Shown piece by piece: positions 39,978 to 52,532 of a stretch of 60,814 nt of DNA (the stretch's first letter is position 1; each line of letters begins with the position of its first letter). The stretch lies in assembly GCA_030141605.1 (NCBI GenBank), contig JAQGDQ010001125.1, forward strand, positions 1 through 60,814, given 5' to 3'. Source of the stretch: Tubiluchus corallicola. Its lineage: Eukaryota > Animalia > Priapulida. The notes beneath the pieces are model-generated. The model saw only the letters and a list, made by a program, of their open reading frames with translations, ran no database searches and was not told the origin of the DNA. The position numbers were made by a program, and so were the translations under genes.

Positions 39978-40462
39978 CAGGGGTGTGCAAATTATCTGGG
40001 TAACCGGGCCACATTAAACTTTCCCACAATTCCTGCAGGCCGCCACAGGCAGTTTGAACAAGGAGCCAAGTACAGAAAGGCCTAATAACGATTTTTTTGC
40101 ATCCGATCTGCGTACATCATTACTACTACACTCAAGAAACTATTTTAGAAGTTATTAAAATTTATATTACAAACCATATATTTCTACTTTCAGGACAGAT
40201 AGTGGTAATTTCATTACAATGCATATTAGTAATGTGTATCACACTGTCTGTGTAGTACAGTGACATTAAGCTACAACCGTCTTGTAAGGGTTAATGGCAT
40301 CCGATCTAGTAGAAAAAACTACCCGCACTATCTTTGGGATCGTGACACGGACTTCAGCTGGATACACTCAATTAATCGCGTGGGCCGCACTTTCATTAGG
40401 TTGACAAATCTCTTCGCGGGCCGCACAAATTCTCTCGGCGGCCCGCAATTTGCACACCCCTG
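39978..40462 (+). mobile_element. hAT MITE, copy E
   Basis: Perfect TIRs; flanks ctgtaaac/gggtaaat are degenerate. Confidence 0.92.
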
Positions 40463-40711
40463 GGGTAAATGAAAGGTCTAACAGCAGAGCAGAACTCGAT
40501 CACGGGAATCCGAGTTTTATCTTATGTGCACGCTAATCTGAATGCATTAAGAATGAGAAGAAGAGCTTTATTTGCTTAGTAAGGAGAAAACACGAGTACT
40601 TACAATTTGTTTGTAATAATCAGCATCTCAATGTTATTTTCAGCTTAGTTTGTTAGCCGTTTCCGTTGCCGTTGGTATTGTTGCCTGTAGTTTTATTGCC
40701 TGTAGTTTCAG

Positions 40712-40842
40712 TATATGCACTCGTACAGTATTTTTGAACAAGCTGACATTGTTGAAAGTCTTTTGGTCCATCTTGATATCAATTCTGTTCACTTGATGGC
40801 ACACGACTACGGTGATACTGTTGCACAGGAACTATTAGCCAG
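40712..40842 (+). CDS. MEST: MEST-like exon 4
   Basis: [43 protein letters not shown](R)|gtaaac; HDYG nucleophile elbow. Confidence 0.93.
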
Positions 40843-40861
40843 GTAAACTTGTTTTCAAACT

Positions 40862-41485
40862 GCAGTTTTTTTGTTTGAAATTTAAATAACTCAAGTCAGA
40901 TTTCAATATAAATTTGACGTTGTCTAATGTAATTCTGGAACAGTATTTATACCTTGATTAATACCTTATGCAGTTTACTTATTATTTGAAATTTAAGTGA
41001 TGCTTAAGTCAGATCTCAATATAAATTTTAACTTGTCTAGTGTAATTCTGGCACAGTAGTTAGAGCTGCATTAATTCTTTATGCAGTTTACTTATCATTT
41101 GAATTTTAAATAACTCTTAAGTCAGATGTCAATATAAATTTTAACTTGTCTAGTGTAATTCTGGAACAGTAGTTATAGCTGGATTAATACTTTATTCCGG
41201 TGGGCCCGATTCGAAAAATAAAGTATCAATGGCACGACACTAGATCGAGACCTTTCGTTTGATATATAGATCGCCGCAAATGGTGCCCTCGTCGAAGCTG
41301 TAGCCTCGAATCTTATATATATATATATACCAAGAATATTAATATAAGAGTATAGATGCAGTTTGCTTACTATTTGAAATTTAAATGACTCTTAAGGCAG
41401 ATCTCAATATAAATTTTAACTTGTCTAGTGTAATTCTGGAACAGTAGTTGAAGCTGGATTAATACCTTATGCAGTTTGCTTACAG
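40862..41485. repeat. About 113-bp tandem repeat x4, interrupted by an insertion
   Basis: Repeated aagtcagatctcaatataaattttaacttgtctagtgtaattctggaacagtag...ttatgcagttt. Confidence 0.85.
41195..41356 (-). mobile_element. Helitron-like 5' fragment
   Basis: Minus strand begins TCTATACT... and is inserted between A and T of a repeat unit without a TSD; no CTRR 3' end. Confidence 0.5.
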
Positions 41486-41640
41486 ATTTACTTTGCTATC
41501 TCTAGGAAATAAGGAATTGGTTATTGTAGTTATTTACAATTACTTGTAGAATGCTTTTTCTCTATGATTAATTCCATGCTTCAAGGCGAGAAGTACTCCT
41601 AGGAGATATTGCTGGGCTAGTGAAAGTGCTGTGCTTCTTA

Positions 41641-42712
41641 TTGTGTGTTCAGACGTAGAGACTTCTCTCGCAACTTGATGCACCACTTCTTTCACAACTT
41701 TTTGCAACGTGTGAACAGTTTGGCAACTTCTCTCGAAACTTGTTGCGACGTGTGAACGGTTTGGCAACTTGTAACTTGCGATCGGCTTGGCAACCTATCT
41801 TGCAACTTGTTGCAACATGTGAACAGTTTGGCAACTTCTCTCGCAATTTGTTGCAACGTGTGAATGTCTTGGCAACCTCTCTCGCAACTTGTTGCAATGT
41901 GTGAATGGTTTGGCAACTTATCTCGCAACTTGTTGCAATGTGTGAATGGTTTGGCAACTTATCTCGCAACTTGTTGCAACGTGCGATCAGCTTGGCAACC
42001 TCTCTCGCAACTTGTTGCAACATGTGAACGGCTTGGCAACCTCTCTCGCAACTTGTTGCAACGTGTGAATGTCTTGGCAACCTATCTTGCAACTTGTTGC
42101 AATGTGTGAATGATTTGGCAACTTATCTCGCAACTTGTTGCAACGTGTGAACGGTTTGGCAACTCTCGCAACTTGTCGCAACGTATGAACGGCTGGGCAA
42201 CTTCTCTCACCACTTGTTGCAACATGTGAATGGCTTGGCAACCTCTCTCACAACTTGTTGCAACATGTGAATGGCTTGGCAACCTCTCTCACAACTTGTT
42301 GCAACATGTGAATGGCTTGGCAACCTCTCTCACAACTTGTTGCAACGTGTGAATGGCTTGGCAACCTCTCTCACAACTTGTTGCAATGTGTGAACGGCTT
42401 GGCAATTTCTCTCTCAACTTGCTGTAATGTGTGAATGGCTTGGCAACTTCTCTTGCAACTTGTTGCAACATGTGAATGGCTTGGCAACTTCTCTCGCAAC
42501 TTGTTGCAACGTGTGTATGGCTTGACATCTTCTATCTCAAGTTGTTGCATCACGTGAAGGGCTTGGCAACTTCTCTCGCAACTTCTTGTAACGTGTGAAC
42601 GGTTTGTCAACTTCTCTCTTAACTTGTTGCTACGTTGAACGGCTTGGCAACTTCTTTCAGAGAAAAGTTGCACAACAAATTGTGAGAGAAGTCGCTACGT
42701 CTGAATGCGCCA
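41641..42712. mobile_element. PIF/Harbinger-like MITE containing a 41-bp tandem array
   Basis: TIRs of about 35 bp (ttcagacgtagagacttctctcgcaa / ttgtgagagaagtcgctacgtctgaa), TTA on both sides; internal unit gtgtgaatggcttggcaacctctctcgcaacttgttgcaac, about 23 copies. Confidence 0.85.
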
Positions 42713-42849
42713 TTAGATGGCCTTTAGCGTGCATTAGGTGGAGAAAGCCTTCTTTTTATCCAAGTACAGCTTCAAAGTCAGCCGTTAACGTATGACTGGA
42801 TCTAACAGTACATTTTTTGCTACTAATTAGATGCATTTTGCCATATTAG

Positions 42850-42917
42850 GTATGAAAACAGGAAGAGGAGAAATGAAGAAGGACTAGTGCTGAAATCACT
42901 ATGCTTATCTAACGGAG
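42850..42917 (+). CDS. MEST: MEST-like exon 5
   Basis: ag|(R)YENRKRRNEEGLVLKSLCLSNG(G)|gtatgt; matches MEST KSLCLSNGG. Confidence 0.9.
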
Positions 42918-43137
42918 GTATGTTTCGTGATTTGATATTATCCTCTAAACCCTTTGCCAAAAGGCTTTTATAGGTTTGGAAATGTTTGACGTCGTAGTGA
43001 CTGTGCAATACATATAGATACTTGGAAGAAGTTGGCAAAAGGTTGTCCCTCTCTGTGTCGAGACATGTTGTATGGCGATGTAGTAGTTTAGTGTGGCTCA
43101 ATTCAGCACAATACTAGTAAGGGTAACAAATCGAATA

Positions 43138-43641
43138 CAGTAGTACCTCTGTTTTCGACCGTAATTCGTTCTTACCTGAAAAGTGTTTGAAAACCGATTT
43201 GGTTGAGAACCGAATCATTTATTTCCATAAAAAATAATGTAATAGCAAAGAATCCATTCTCAAGCGCCAAATAAACTGTGAAGTATTACTAAAACGAAAC
43301 ATAATAATGCAAAAATGTTTTTTCAAACAATAGATATGATATAATTGATAAGGAAAACATAATAGAATTACTTTGAAAGAAAAACATAATTGTTCCTGCA
43401 TGAAAAAGCGAAGAAAAATAAGCACAGAAAGTACTTAGCGATGTTAGGAGATTCAAATGTTGTATGTGACTACACTCGGGGGCCCGGTCGCTTACGCTCG
43501 ACTCTACTCGGCTCGCCGTGCATCTGTTCATCACGTGTTTGGCGGTTGGTCGAGTACCGAGAGCGGAGACAATTTCAGCTCGAATTTTCTGGTCAAAAAC
43601 CGATTTGTATGAATCGGGAGACGTTTGACGACGGAGGCCTG
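43138..43641. mobile_element. Tc1/mariner-pogo (Tigger-like) MITE
   Basis: TA|CAGTAGTACCTC...GGAGGCCTG|TA; degenerate right end. Confidence 0.6.
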
Positions 43642-43892
43642 TATTCTAAATACTCAATTCATAATTTCATATCATCAGTCAGAATGGTAGATCTTCACAC
43701 TTGTTCGCTTTTCCTTTGTCATTTTCTGTCTTCTTTCACAACAGCTTTACGAATTCGTACGAGTTCAGAATAGGTAATTGGATCTCCTACGCCTTTCTAA
43801 GTAGCAACTTTGCAAAATATGTATGCTAACTGACATCTGGCGGAAAAGAATTTGTGTTTGGCATTGTCAATGGAGATGACATGATAACTCTT

Positions 43893-43897
43893 AATAA

Positions 43898-43931
<34 letters not shown>

Positions 43932-44175
43932 GTAATAGTTTAAAGTCGGCTTTTGGATGACCAATTAACATAAGTTCAAAGAGCTTTTGGGCCGACTGTA
44001 AATAACAATCTACAACTACATAACGGAGACTATTATTACCCCACTTTTACCCTAAATACCACACGCCAGGCACAGCAACAGCAGGTACCATTTTAAAGCC
44101 AGTGGCACGGCCAGACTGCAGTGTTGAACCCACGACCCCCCAGACAGAAGGAAGACGCGTTGTCACTGGACTAAA
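43893..44175 (-). mobile_element. tRNA-derived SINE (Meta/Nin-domain-like core)
   Basis: Minus strand: A-box-like TAGTCCAGTG, B-box-like GGGTTCAACAC, core tttaaaatggtacctgctg...cctggcg, (ATT)n tail. Confidence 0.65.
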
Positions 44176-47100
44176 CCTTCTTGTCATCAAAAACTGTCAA
44201 GTTGATATGCTCATCATCTTAATTTTTGTTGAACGGAACTGGAAGACCTCTATTTTGTTAATTCTTGACTTGTGTTGCACGATAACCTCCTCTTTTTCTG
44301 GTTTCCAGACACAACTAATGTGCAGTGGTAAGTCTCTTGTTGGTATTTGAGAAGCTGATTCCTTTCCAGCTACATTTAGAGCTTTTGGTGATGCCAGTGT
44401 AACTTTAATTTTGCCTTGGTGCGTAATCGCTTGCATATATTTTTCTTGAAATGCCATATGTAACAAGATTTAGGCAAAAACTTTACTTGATATATGTAAA
44501 TAATACATGAACATAATCTTCAAAGTGACTTTGTTAATGCTAAATCTTCATGCCGCGAGCGTTAAGGCTCATGGTACTACGGGGGTCAGAACATGGAGAC
44601 CAGGGATCAACCATGGAATTTTAGCATTAATAAATAATTCAGAATAGTTGGAACTCACCAGTGTGATTCTGACTTTGAAACACACTTCAATTTTATCAAC
44701 CCTTTCTGTGATAGTAATGTAAATAGGAAAACAAGAACAGTGAAATAAAGTTTGCATACTTATTTAAACAACAATAAACAACATATCAACTGGCAAATAC
44801 CAAAAATACAATCAGGTTAGCATAAAGGGGAGCTGGCTACTGCTTGGCGTATCAGTCCCACACACAGTTTTCAGATGAGTAAACTTTTGCACTAGAACGT
44901 AACATTAAAGAGTCATTTCCAGTTGTCGGAGATGAAAGTTGTCAGCAAGAACACAGTCCAGTGCGAATTCAGCATTCAGCAGCACACGACATGAACAGCG
45001 TACTTATGAAGACTAATTAGTTTAGCCATTACCACCATTAGTTCGTAAGTTAAACTCTTGAAGTAATCTTGTCTTTTAAGGCAACATAAGAGGGTATGCA
45101 TACCTAAGTTCTTGTCAGCAATGTAAAGGTACCTCACCAAACACTGTCTATCCATACAGTGACAAACCTCAGTGGTGGCACTATCCCAAATGGTGGAGTC
45201 CAGGTAAGAATACCAACATCCAAAAACAACATCACCAGAGCATGTGGCCAGCTCTGTCAAGACATGGCTTAACATGAATCACTGCTCAAAGCCAACACAT
45301 ATTAGTTCATGCTTCAACGATCACCAAGCTGTAGCTTTATCATAAGCTTGTAACAGTAGCCAGCAGATGGCAGCAGCCAGCAGGGCAGGACTAGCCAATA
45401 GTTTATATATTTCTACAAGATTGATAAAATAATTGATAAATAATAATCAGCTTGTTACACCATACATGAAATTGGTTAATAAAATCGGGACGATGTTTCA
45501 TTGTTTGTGGACATATGCCCATTTGCTGTGACTATTTTAACTTTCAGTAATTCTGTCCAGTGTTCTTTTAAAGCGTTCCATCTCCTTTCCATGTGACAGT
45601 GTTACCCAATACGTACTGTGCGCGACCTGCACTAAATACAAGACCAACAGTCTTTTAGATTTAATTTATCATTTTTTATTGTCCAAATTGGGCAATCATC
45701 GTCTCATCCCAAAATCACTATCACATCATCACATATTTGACTGACTGACATACTAACTGACTGACATATTATGTGCGACTCGACTTCGCTTTATCTGAAG
45801 CAAATAAAAACATTTTCTGCTAATCCAATGTTAAAAGGATAATTAACTGCTATAATAAAAATGTATAATAATATTATGAATTATGAAGAAATCAAACTTA
45901 CATCTTTGCCACATCTTACTAACTTGCTAAAGAGAACTCGACTGACAAAATTTTGTGATAAAACGACACGACGTACTGAACAAGAATGACTTCTTTCCTA
46001 TCCTGTCTGCGAAATGAGGCCAATGGCCTATTTCCTGTCCTAGCTCACCTGTCTATCAACAGCCTAAATTTGCAAAAAACAAACACAAGGAGGCACCACG
46101 TGCTTATATCCAAAACAAAAGCCTTCTATCTTCTTTCTATGTGACAGTTTTCCCAATGAAGACAATAAAAAATGCATTTTAATTAATGATCATAAATTAA
46201 TATCGTACACGCACACACGAACTGTAACTTTTTGTAATTCCACGTATTTTGTGGCTCATCTTTTGATAAATACGCTTTGTCACCCAGGATGTTCAACTTT
46301 AGGGCACACTATATCAAAATGAAGTTATTCTTCTCATTGGCCGAATTTTTACTGTTGCCAGTTCCCTGGCAACAGTGCATTGTGGTCGAGTACCGCTAGC
46401 ATTGTACATGCATTAATTGCTATAAAATAAAAGTATGTGATGAAAATATTGTAAATACCTTTAATATTTCACATTTACACTCATACAAATATATATTCAC
46501 AGCTAGCATTGTACTTACATTTATTCCTGTAAAATAAAAATGAGTCAATACATTGGAAACACCATCAATATTTCACATTTACACACACAAATATATATAT
46601 ATATATATATATGTATATTGGCTCCTTTGCCTACTGCTACTGCTGTGCATGTTTCCCAGTCCATTTATATAGAATTCCGTGCATGGCATAGGTTTCTTTG
46701 CCTACTAATAAATAGCTGTTTCTAAAATGGCATACTATCATTCTGGAGAACAAACTGGGAGCTAAATTGTTTTTCTGACGTTGGGGTAATTTTCATTAGC
46801 AGGTTCCAAAGTTAGGAAAAGCAGGCATGTAAAAAATTGTTGTGACACATGCCATACCAAACAAACGTATTGATTATATCCCTTTAATTTTGTTTAAAAT
46901 CAAAACACGAGCGTAACGGCACTAGCCGTTCGTTCAGATTGAGGTGGGTTATTTCGTCCTCAACGGGTGAAAATAATTTTAATGCGTAACAAAGTGAATC
47001 TAATTACACAAACGTCTTTATTGCTACAATGCAGATGAAGGCATATGATGTCATTCGTAAACAACGTAATAATATCACCGTCCAAACATTTCGTAATTAC

Positions 47101-47543
47101 TACAGTATCTGCTATATTTACTACATGAATTCACCGTATTACTAACGTATTTCACTGCATTACTGACTTATTCACCATATAATTAACCCAATTTTTCACT
47201 GTAAAGGCAGGTGACTTGACCCACGTCCGACCATCTTCTCTTGACAACGCAAACTGAGAACAATGCCAGGGAAACTACGCAGCCTGCTGTCCGTGCGCGC
47301 ATGATTCGAAAATGAAGGTGGCAGCACCTTCCAACTTGATATTAGCAAAGTTAGGCAATGTTGCATGGGCAGCAGTTACAGCGAGGAAGTTACTGTTTCA
47401 AAGGAAGTACTTAATAATAATAATGGTTATTTTGTACGTAGCGGTGTGCCGCTTGTTGAAACGTTTAACGGAGACGATGTAAGGCAAGAGATGAATTAAG
47501 CCAACAGTCAGAGTAAAGTTCTGTTGTAACGAAGCATGTAAAT

Positions 47544-47914
47544 TTAACTTGTCAACCTCGTACAATATTCAATAACCTCGTGACAATCTCCGACGCCGGA
47601 ATTCATTTCCCGTATCCGAGAAGGTGCTTGTCTACTAGCAAAATAGTTTGGATCTTTCTCAATGCTGATCTGATCAGGAGACGACAGTGGCATACTACTA
47701 CGGTACCACTCTAACCCGTTACGGTAATTTTCTTTTTTATTGAAAAATTTTATTTCTCTTCTCGCGACTTTTATCTTTGGGTGATGGCTAAGAAAATCCA
47801 ATAGTGCCCTTGTTCCACATTTTTGAGCACCAATTATGATACAATGAGGCAAGCGGGGTTTAAAAGACACTGTGCTGCCACTAGACATTTCTACAGGTAT
47901 CTTTCCAAGCATCA
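47544..47914 (-). pseudogene. Heparan sulfate 3-O-sulfotransferase-like N-terminal catalytic fragment
   Basis: RLPHCIIIGAQKCGTRALL (5'-PSB loop), EIKFFN, Y..GLEWYRSSMP, IEKDPNYF, PSRIREMN; acceptor ttacag at 47915; homology is lost before the 3'-PB motif. Confidence 0.75.
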
Positions 47915-50462
47915 CTGTAACGTGCCGAGGGTTATTTGGTTAAAAACAAAATAAGTACTGCCACTATTGTAACGTTTTGAGGCCTATTGCATTCCTAATT
48001 TTTATATAATGATCAGGAAAATATACTACATGTATTTTCACGGGTTCGTCTGCTGTTTTTTAAGGCTGTTTAGTTGAAAACAAAACAAGATGAAACATAA
48101 ATTTTAAAGCTATAATTAATACAAAAGAAGAGTACAACAACAAGTCAACAATAAGAGCTCAAAAATTACTGTTAGTAGCTTGCTGTGAAAACCCCCAAGG
48201 AAAGATGAGGATAGGAAAATGAATGCGCATAACTTATCTGAATGTTCATGACGATGTTGTGCACAGCTTGACGATCCTCCCACAATGACAACGCTGACGC
48301 CGGCAACATGACGATCCTCCATGAGCCATAACAATGCAGATGACGACAGCTAATCAACAGCATCCAGTAACCCTCTTGTAGTCTACAACACCACGTACTA
48401 ATAGTTGACTGGAATGGAATAACATCACACCTCTGTGGCTTGACCAGCTCTTCAAACCATGCAACAGCAACGAGACTGAAAAAGACAGGCTATACAACAG
48501 GAACACTGTCCTTTTGGCCAAAACAACGCTTAGCTCAGCTCTCCATGGTAAAGCTCTCCACAGATCGTGTACCAGCCTTTCCAGACAAATACGTTAACTA
48601 CAGGTATGCTGGAACATGCCCACTGGTCAGACCAACAACGAACGTCTGTACCAGTGAAAAGTATCAACTCAACTGTTCAGAACAGGTATCGCTTTTTTGC
48701 ACAAGCAAACGAAGCACTCCGACAGGTAAGTACAAACCATTTTAAGTGACAGGGGTGAGGAGGTGATGAAATGAAAGAGCACATACAACAGTGCAAGCCA
48801 AGCAAGCCATTTACTATCAAAATTAGCAACATGCACCTCACAATCACTGACATGGTTCTGATTGGCTGCAGTTTGAATGACGTCATCAACAGAACAGAAA
48901 CCAGTAAACCAATGATTATCAGGCTGCATTTGATATAGCGCATTGTTGTTTTGGATAGCATCATTGTTGAACTCTCAATTGTCTAAATATTTTGATTTGT
49001 AACTGTGAAAAAATATTGTAATTGATTTAAAAAGCCACATATATTATTACTTCATGAATTACTTCATCCTGTAGAATAAATTCATATTATTTGTTACAAA
49101 TAAAAGAAATACATACATTCCAGTGAATGCAGAAAAGTTTGGTGCAAGTAAGTTTGGTGCAAGTAAGTTTGGTTCAAGCACATTTGTTTCAAGTAAGTTT
49201 GGCACTATTGTTCACTAAACGCAAAAACCAGACGATGCAACAATGCCTGCCAATTTATTAGTAGAGGGCAGCACCATCCAATAAGAGTAAATTCAATCGG
49301 ACAGATACATTGTATTTGAAATATAAAACACAATGAGAAAAAGTTTTACAGTAAGCTCATAAATCTTGAAGCATAATGAAAACATGTGCGTTATCTAATT
49401 AGTTTAATTTTAAACATGAAAGTGAAACGAAGCATTCTGGAAAATGTATCATGAAGGAACTACAACCGTCTCTTTCATCTTGGCTTCATTCTAGCAACCA
49501 ATCTGCAACAGACATGACATAAAGTAATGGAAGGTGATGAAAAAGTAATAAAAAGTAAGACAATGAAACTTGCCTTTGCAATATATAACTGACAGTAGGC
49601 CTACTACTAAACATAGTGTTTAGACAATCTAAACAATGGGTTGCCTAAATACACGCTCATTCCAAAAACATATGAGGCTGGCAGGCTGGTCAAATAAAGC
49701 GATGGCTCTAGAAAATTCTTTCAAGAGGTCATGCGGTTAAAAAAATAAAAAAGATTCAACTTTTATCACACAAGTGAACTAGGGAGTTTAAGAAATTGTT
49801 GAAAAGCCACCAATTTTGAGAAATGTGCTCTTTGGCAGTTGCTTGTTGCATGATAGCTTGTTGTGCACTTCGAGTTATGCCTGGTGCTGCTAACACTGGT
49901 TAACATGGCAGATTATATAATGATTTAAAGTTATAAGTTAAATAACTGAACATAATTATCATCTATATACACTAATTTTCATCTGTATAAATTTGGTAAG
50001 TTTTTATATATGATATCAAGTTGTTTGCATCAATATTCAACAGATATATTTGTTTGAACTGTGTGAACTAACAGTAGCAGTTCATGAGATAACAGAACCG
50101 ATGGCAGCACCGTCGGTCCCAGAGTTTGCTGATCGTTATAAATCGATCAATTTCATAACAGAGGATATTGTTAGACTGATAACCATAATCCAACTGATCA
50201 TTTTCGAAAATCTCGTCGGGAAGAGGGGGGTCTCGTTGTCCTCCTTGGGGGACACTGGGTCGCTAATTCAACAAGGCGGAAGTATTCACTTTTTAAAAAA
50301 CTCCGTATCTATAGATGAAATCTCAAACAAATTTACAATGATTAGATGCAAAACTGGATACATACAGTATTTTTCGACTCAGAATGCACAGTAGTGGCCT
50401 TACTGTCCTTCTGGGGGGACACTGGGTCACAAATAGAACAGAAAACTGAAACTCAACTTTAT

Positions 50463-52532
50463 TCAGTTGAGTTTATTTTTGTGGAAATTTTCAAAACAAT
50501 TCCGCGGATCAGGTTGCACGCAGAAAAATAAGCCTCATTTGACACACATTATTCTGGTCTTCCGTGCACAGTTTTTCTGTCTACACCTCGCCGACATCTT
50601 CATGTCGACTGCACGGGGTAAATGCTCCGATAAAACTTTCTTGAAGCGTTCAGTGGGTAGCGGGACACGTTTTTTCACGTCCGTAGTGTTTTCATCGCTC
50701 TCCGTGCCGCTGCTGCTGTTGTTTGTAATAAGAAGCTCTTCAGCTAACTGCATTTTAAAATTTAAGAACTGCAGTTTATCCTTCTTTACGTTTTCATCAG
50801 TTTTTTTCTCGTTCCATCGATACTGGATCCGATAATTAACTGCCACTACATCAATAAAATGCATGATAGTTCTCACAGTCCATTTCCTGGATTTAGCACC
50901 ACTTCTATAAAAAGCTAGCATACGATCACACAAGTCCACTCCACCCATTTTATCATTGTACATTTTTACAATGTAAGGTCTATCCACATCAACATAATCC
51001 CTGTCTTTCTTTGACCACCTTCTACACGTGTCATTTGGCGAATCGTTGTGTGCGGTAGAAGCTAACAGTACAGGTTTATTGTCCTGCCAATTTACTATGC
51101 ACATTTTTTATCATTACGGACTGAAACGATCTTACTTCCACGTGGTCCAGTCACTATACGTGGTATGTGGGCCGTAGCAGGGTACGTGGTATGTGGGCCG
51201 TAGCAGGGACGTTTTTCCTCCTGACAGCCCCCGTACTTTGTACGCCCTTTTCTAATAGTCTGTCAAGCAGTTGCACAGTTGTAAAATACCTATCAAAGTA
51301 CAAACGCTGGCCAGCAACAAGTGTTTCAGCCAGTCGCAGGACAGAGAGACCACCTATGCCCAATTTAAATCGTTTTTGTCTGTTATCTTCAGCAGCACCT
51401 GGGAGACTGTCCTTCCCTTGAAATATCTCAAAATCCAACACTGTGCCTTCAGGTGATGCCTGCACAAAGACTTTCAGACCCGTCGGGTTCGGTTTTCCTT
51501 TGACATACTGGCGAAGTGAGGATTTCCCAGTAAAGGGAATCATTTGTTCGTCAGTGCTGACTTCCATTGTTCGAGGCAATGTAAGGTGCCCTGATTTTAT
51601 TTAGGAAAGGTCGCAGACACCAGAGTTTATCAGTATTTTTCTGAGCATCACTCACAGTATAGTCATTGACGACTTTCAGATTGTTTCTAATACGGAAAAA
51701 TCTATCTCTGGGCATTGCATTTCTTATAATCGGCACATGGGTCTTATTAGACCAATACAGTCTGATTCTCGGCATTTTAATGCACCCCATTAAGAGGTTA
51801 ATACCGAAGAACTTTTTCATCTCACCAGCGTTTGTATTCAATGATTTGCCAGTCTTGGCAACATACATTTCATTTGTACAATCGGCTATGTATGTTAAGA
51901 ATGCATCATCAATGTACTGATAGAAATAGTCTACCGGTGAGAAGTTGTCTCGGTACATAGCATTTTGGACAAATGGAATTACGTCTGGTTCAAATGTTCC
52001 ACTTTGTGTCCATTTCTTTTTTGTAAAGGCCCTGAGTGGGACTTCATATTCAGAATCACTAGGGTCATCATGTCTTTGCTGGATATCTCTTCCATCTAGT
52101 TCTTCATCCCCATTTTCATCATCACTCATTTCGTCTGGTTCTGGCCAGTCAGGATCTTCGACATCATCATCATCATCAATTTCATCATCATCTGAGAGCT
52201 GGGCATTAGAATCATTTAGTAACTCTATTACTTCATCAGTAGACATATGCTGGTGATGATGTTGGGGTGCTGAAAGAACATAAGGTAGCTGTAATATAAT
52301 TTATTTTTGAATAAAACAATTCAAGATTACAGTTTAACCTGTTGTGACCCAGTCCCAATGTCCCTTCTATCAGAAGCGAGTGTTCGCGTGTACGAAGCTT
52401 AAAGCACAATTAAACTTATCTCGGAGGGTTGTACATATAAACTAAACTATCCGTTTACCCATCAAAAGTTGTAAAGAAGCATATTTTACCTGTTTTCCTC
52501 CGCTTACTCGTGGAAGGGACGGGTGACGCCAT
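50463..52532 (-). mobile_element. Decayed piggyBac (PGBD-like) transposase, two exons
   Basis: Three frameshifted ORFs carry DEQMIPFTG, YFDRYFT and MGGVDLCD; Cys-rich C-terminus broken by TGA at 50535-50537; exon 1 at 52532-52490; terminal-like repeats CGTCGGTCCCA (50111) / TGGGACCGACG (52696). Confidence 0.93.

Noticed and set aside
41540-42795. Cys/His-rich repeat proteins
   Set aside because: Translations of the 41-bp array inside a MITE.
44309-44327. 19-nt microexon (tttccag|...|gtaagt) as MEST exon 6
   Set aside because: The splice signals look good, but the translation (DTTNVQ) does not resemble the expected GIFPETH segment.
48100-48970. Cluster of short ORFs as a gene or transposase
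   Set aside because: Looks like decayed coding DNA, but I could not recognise a defensible motif.
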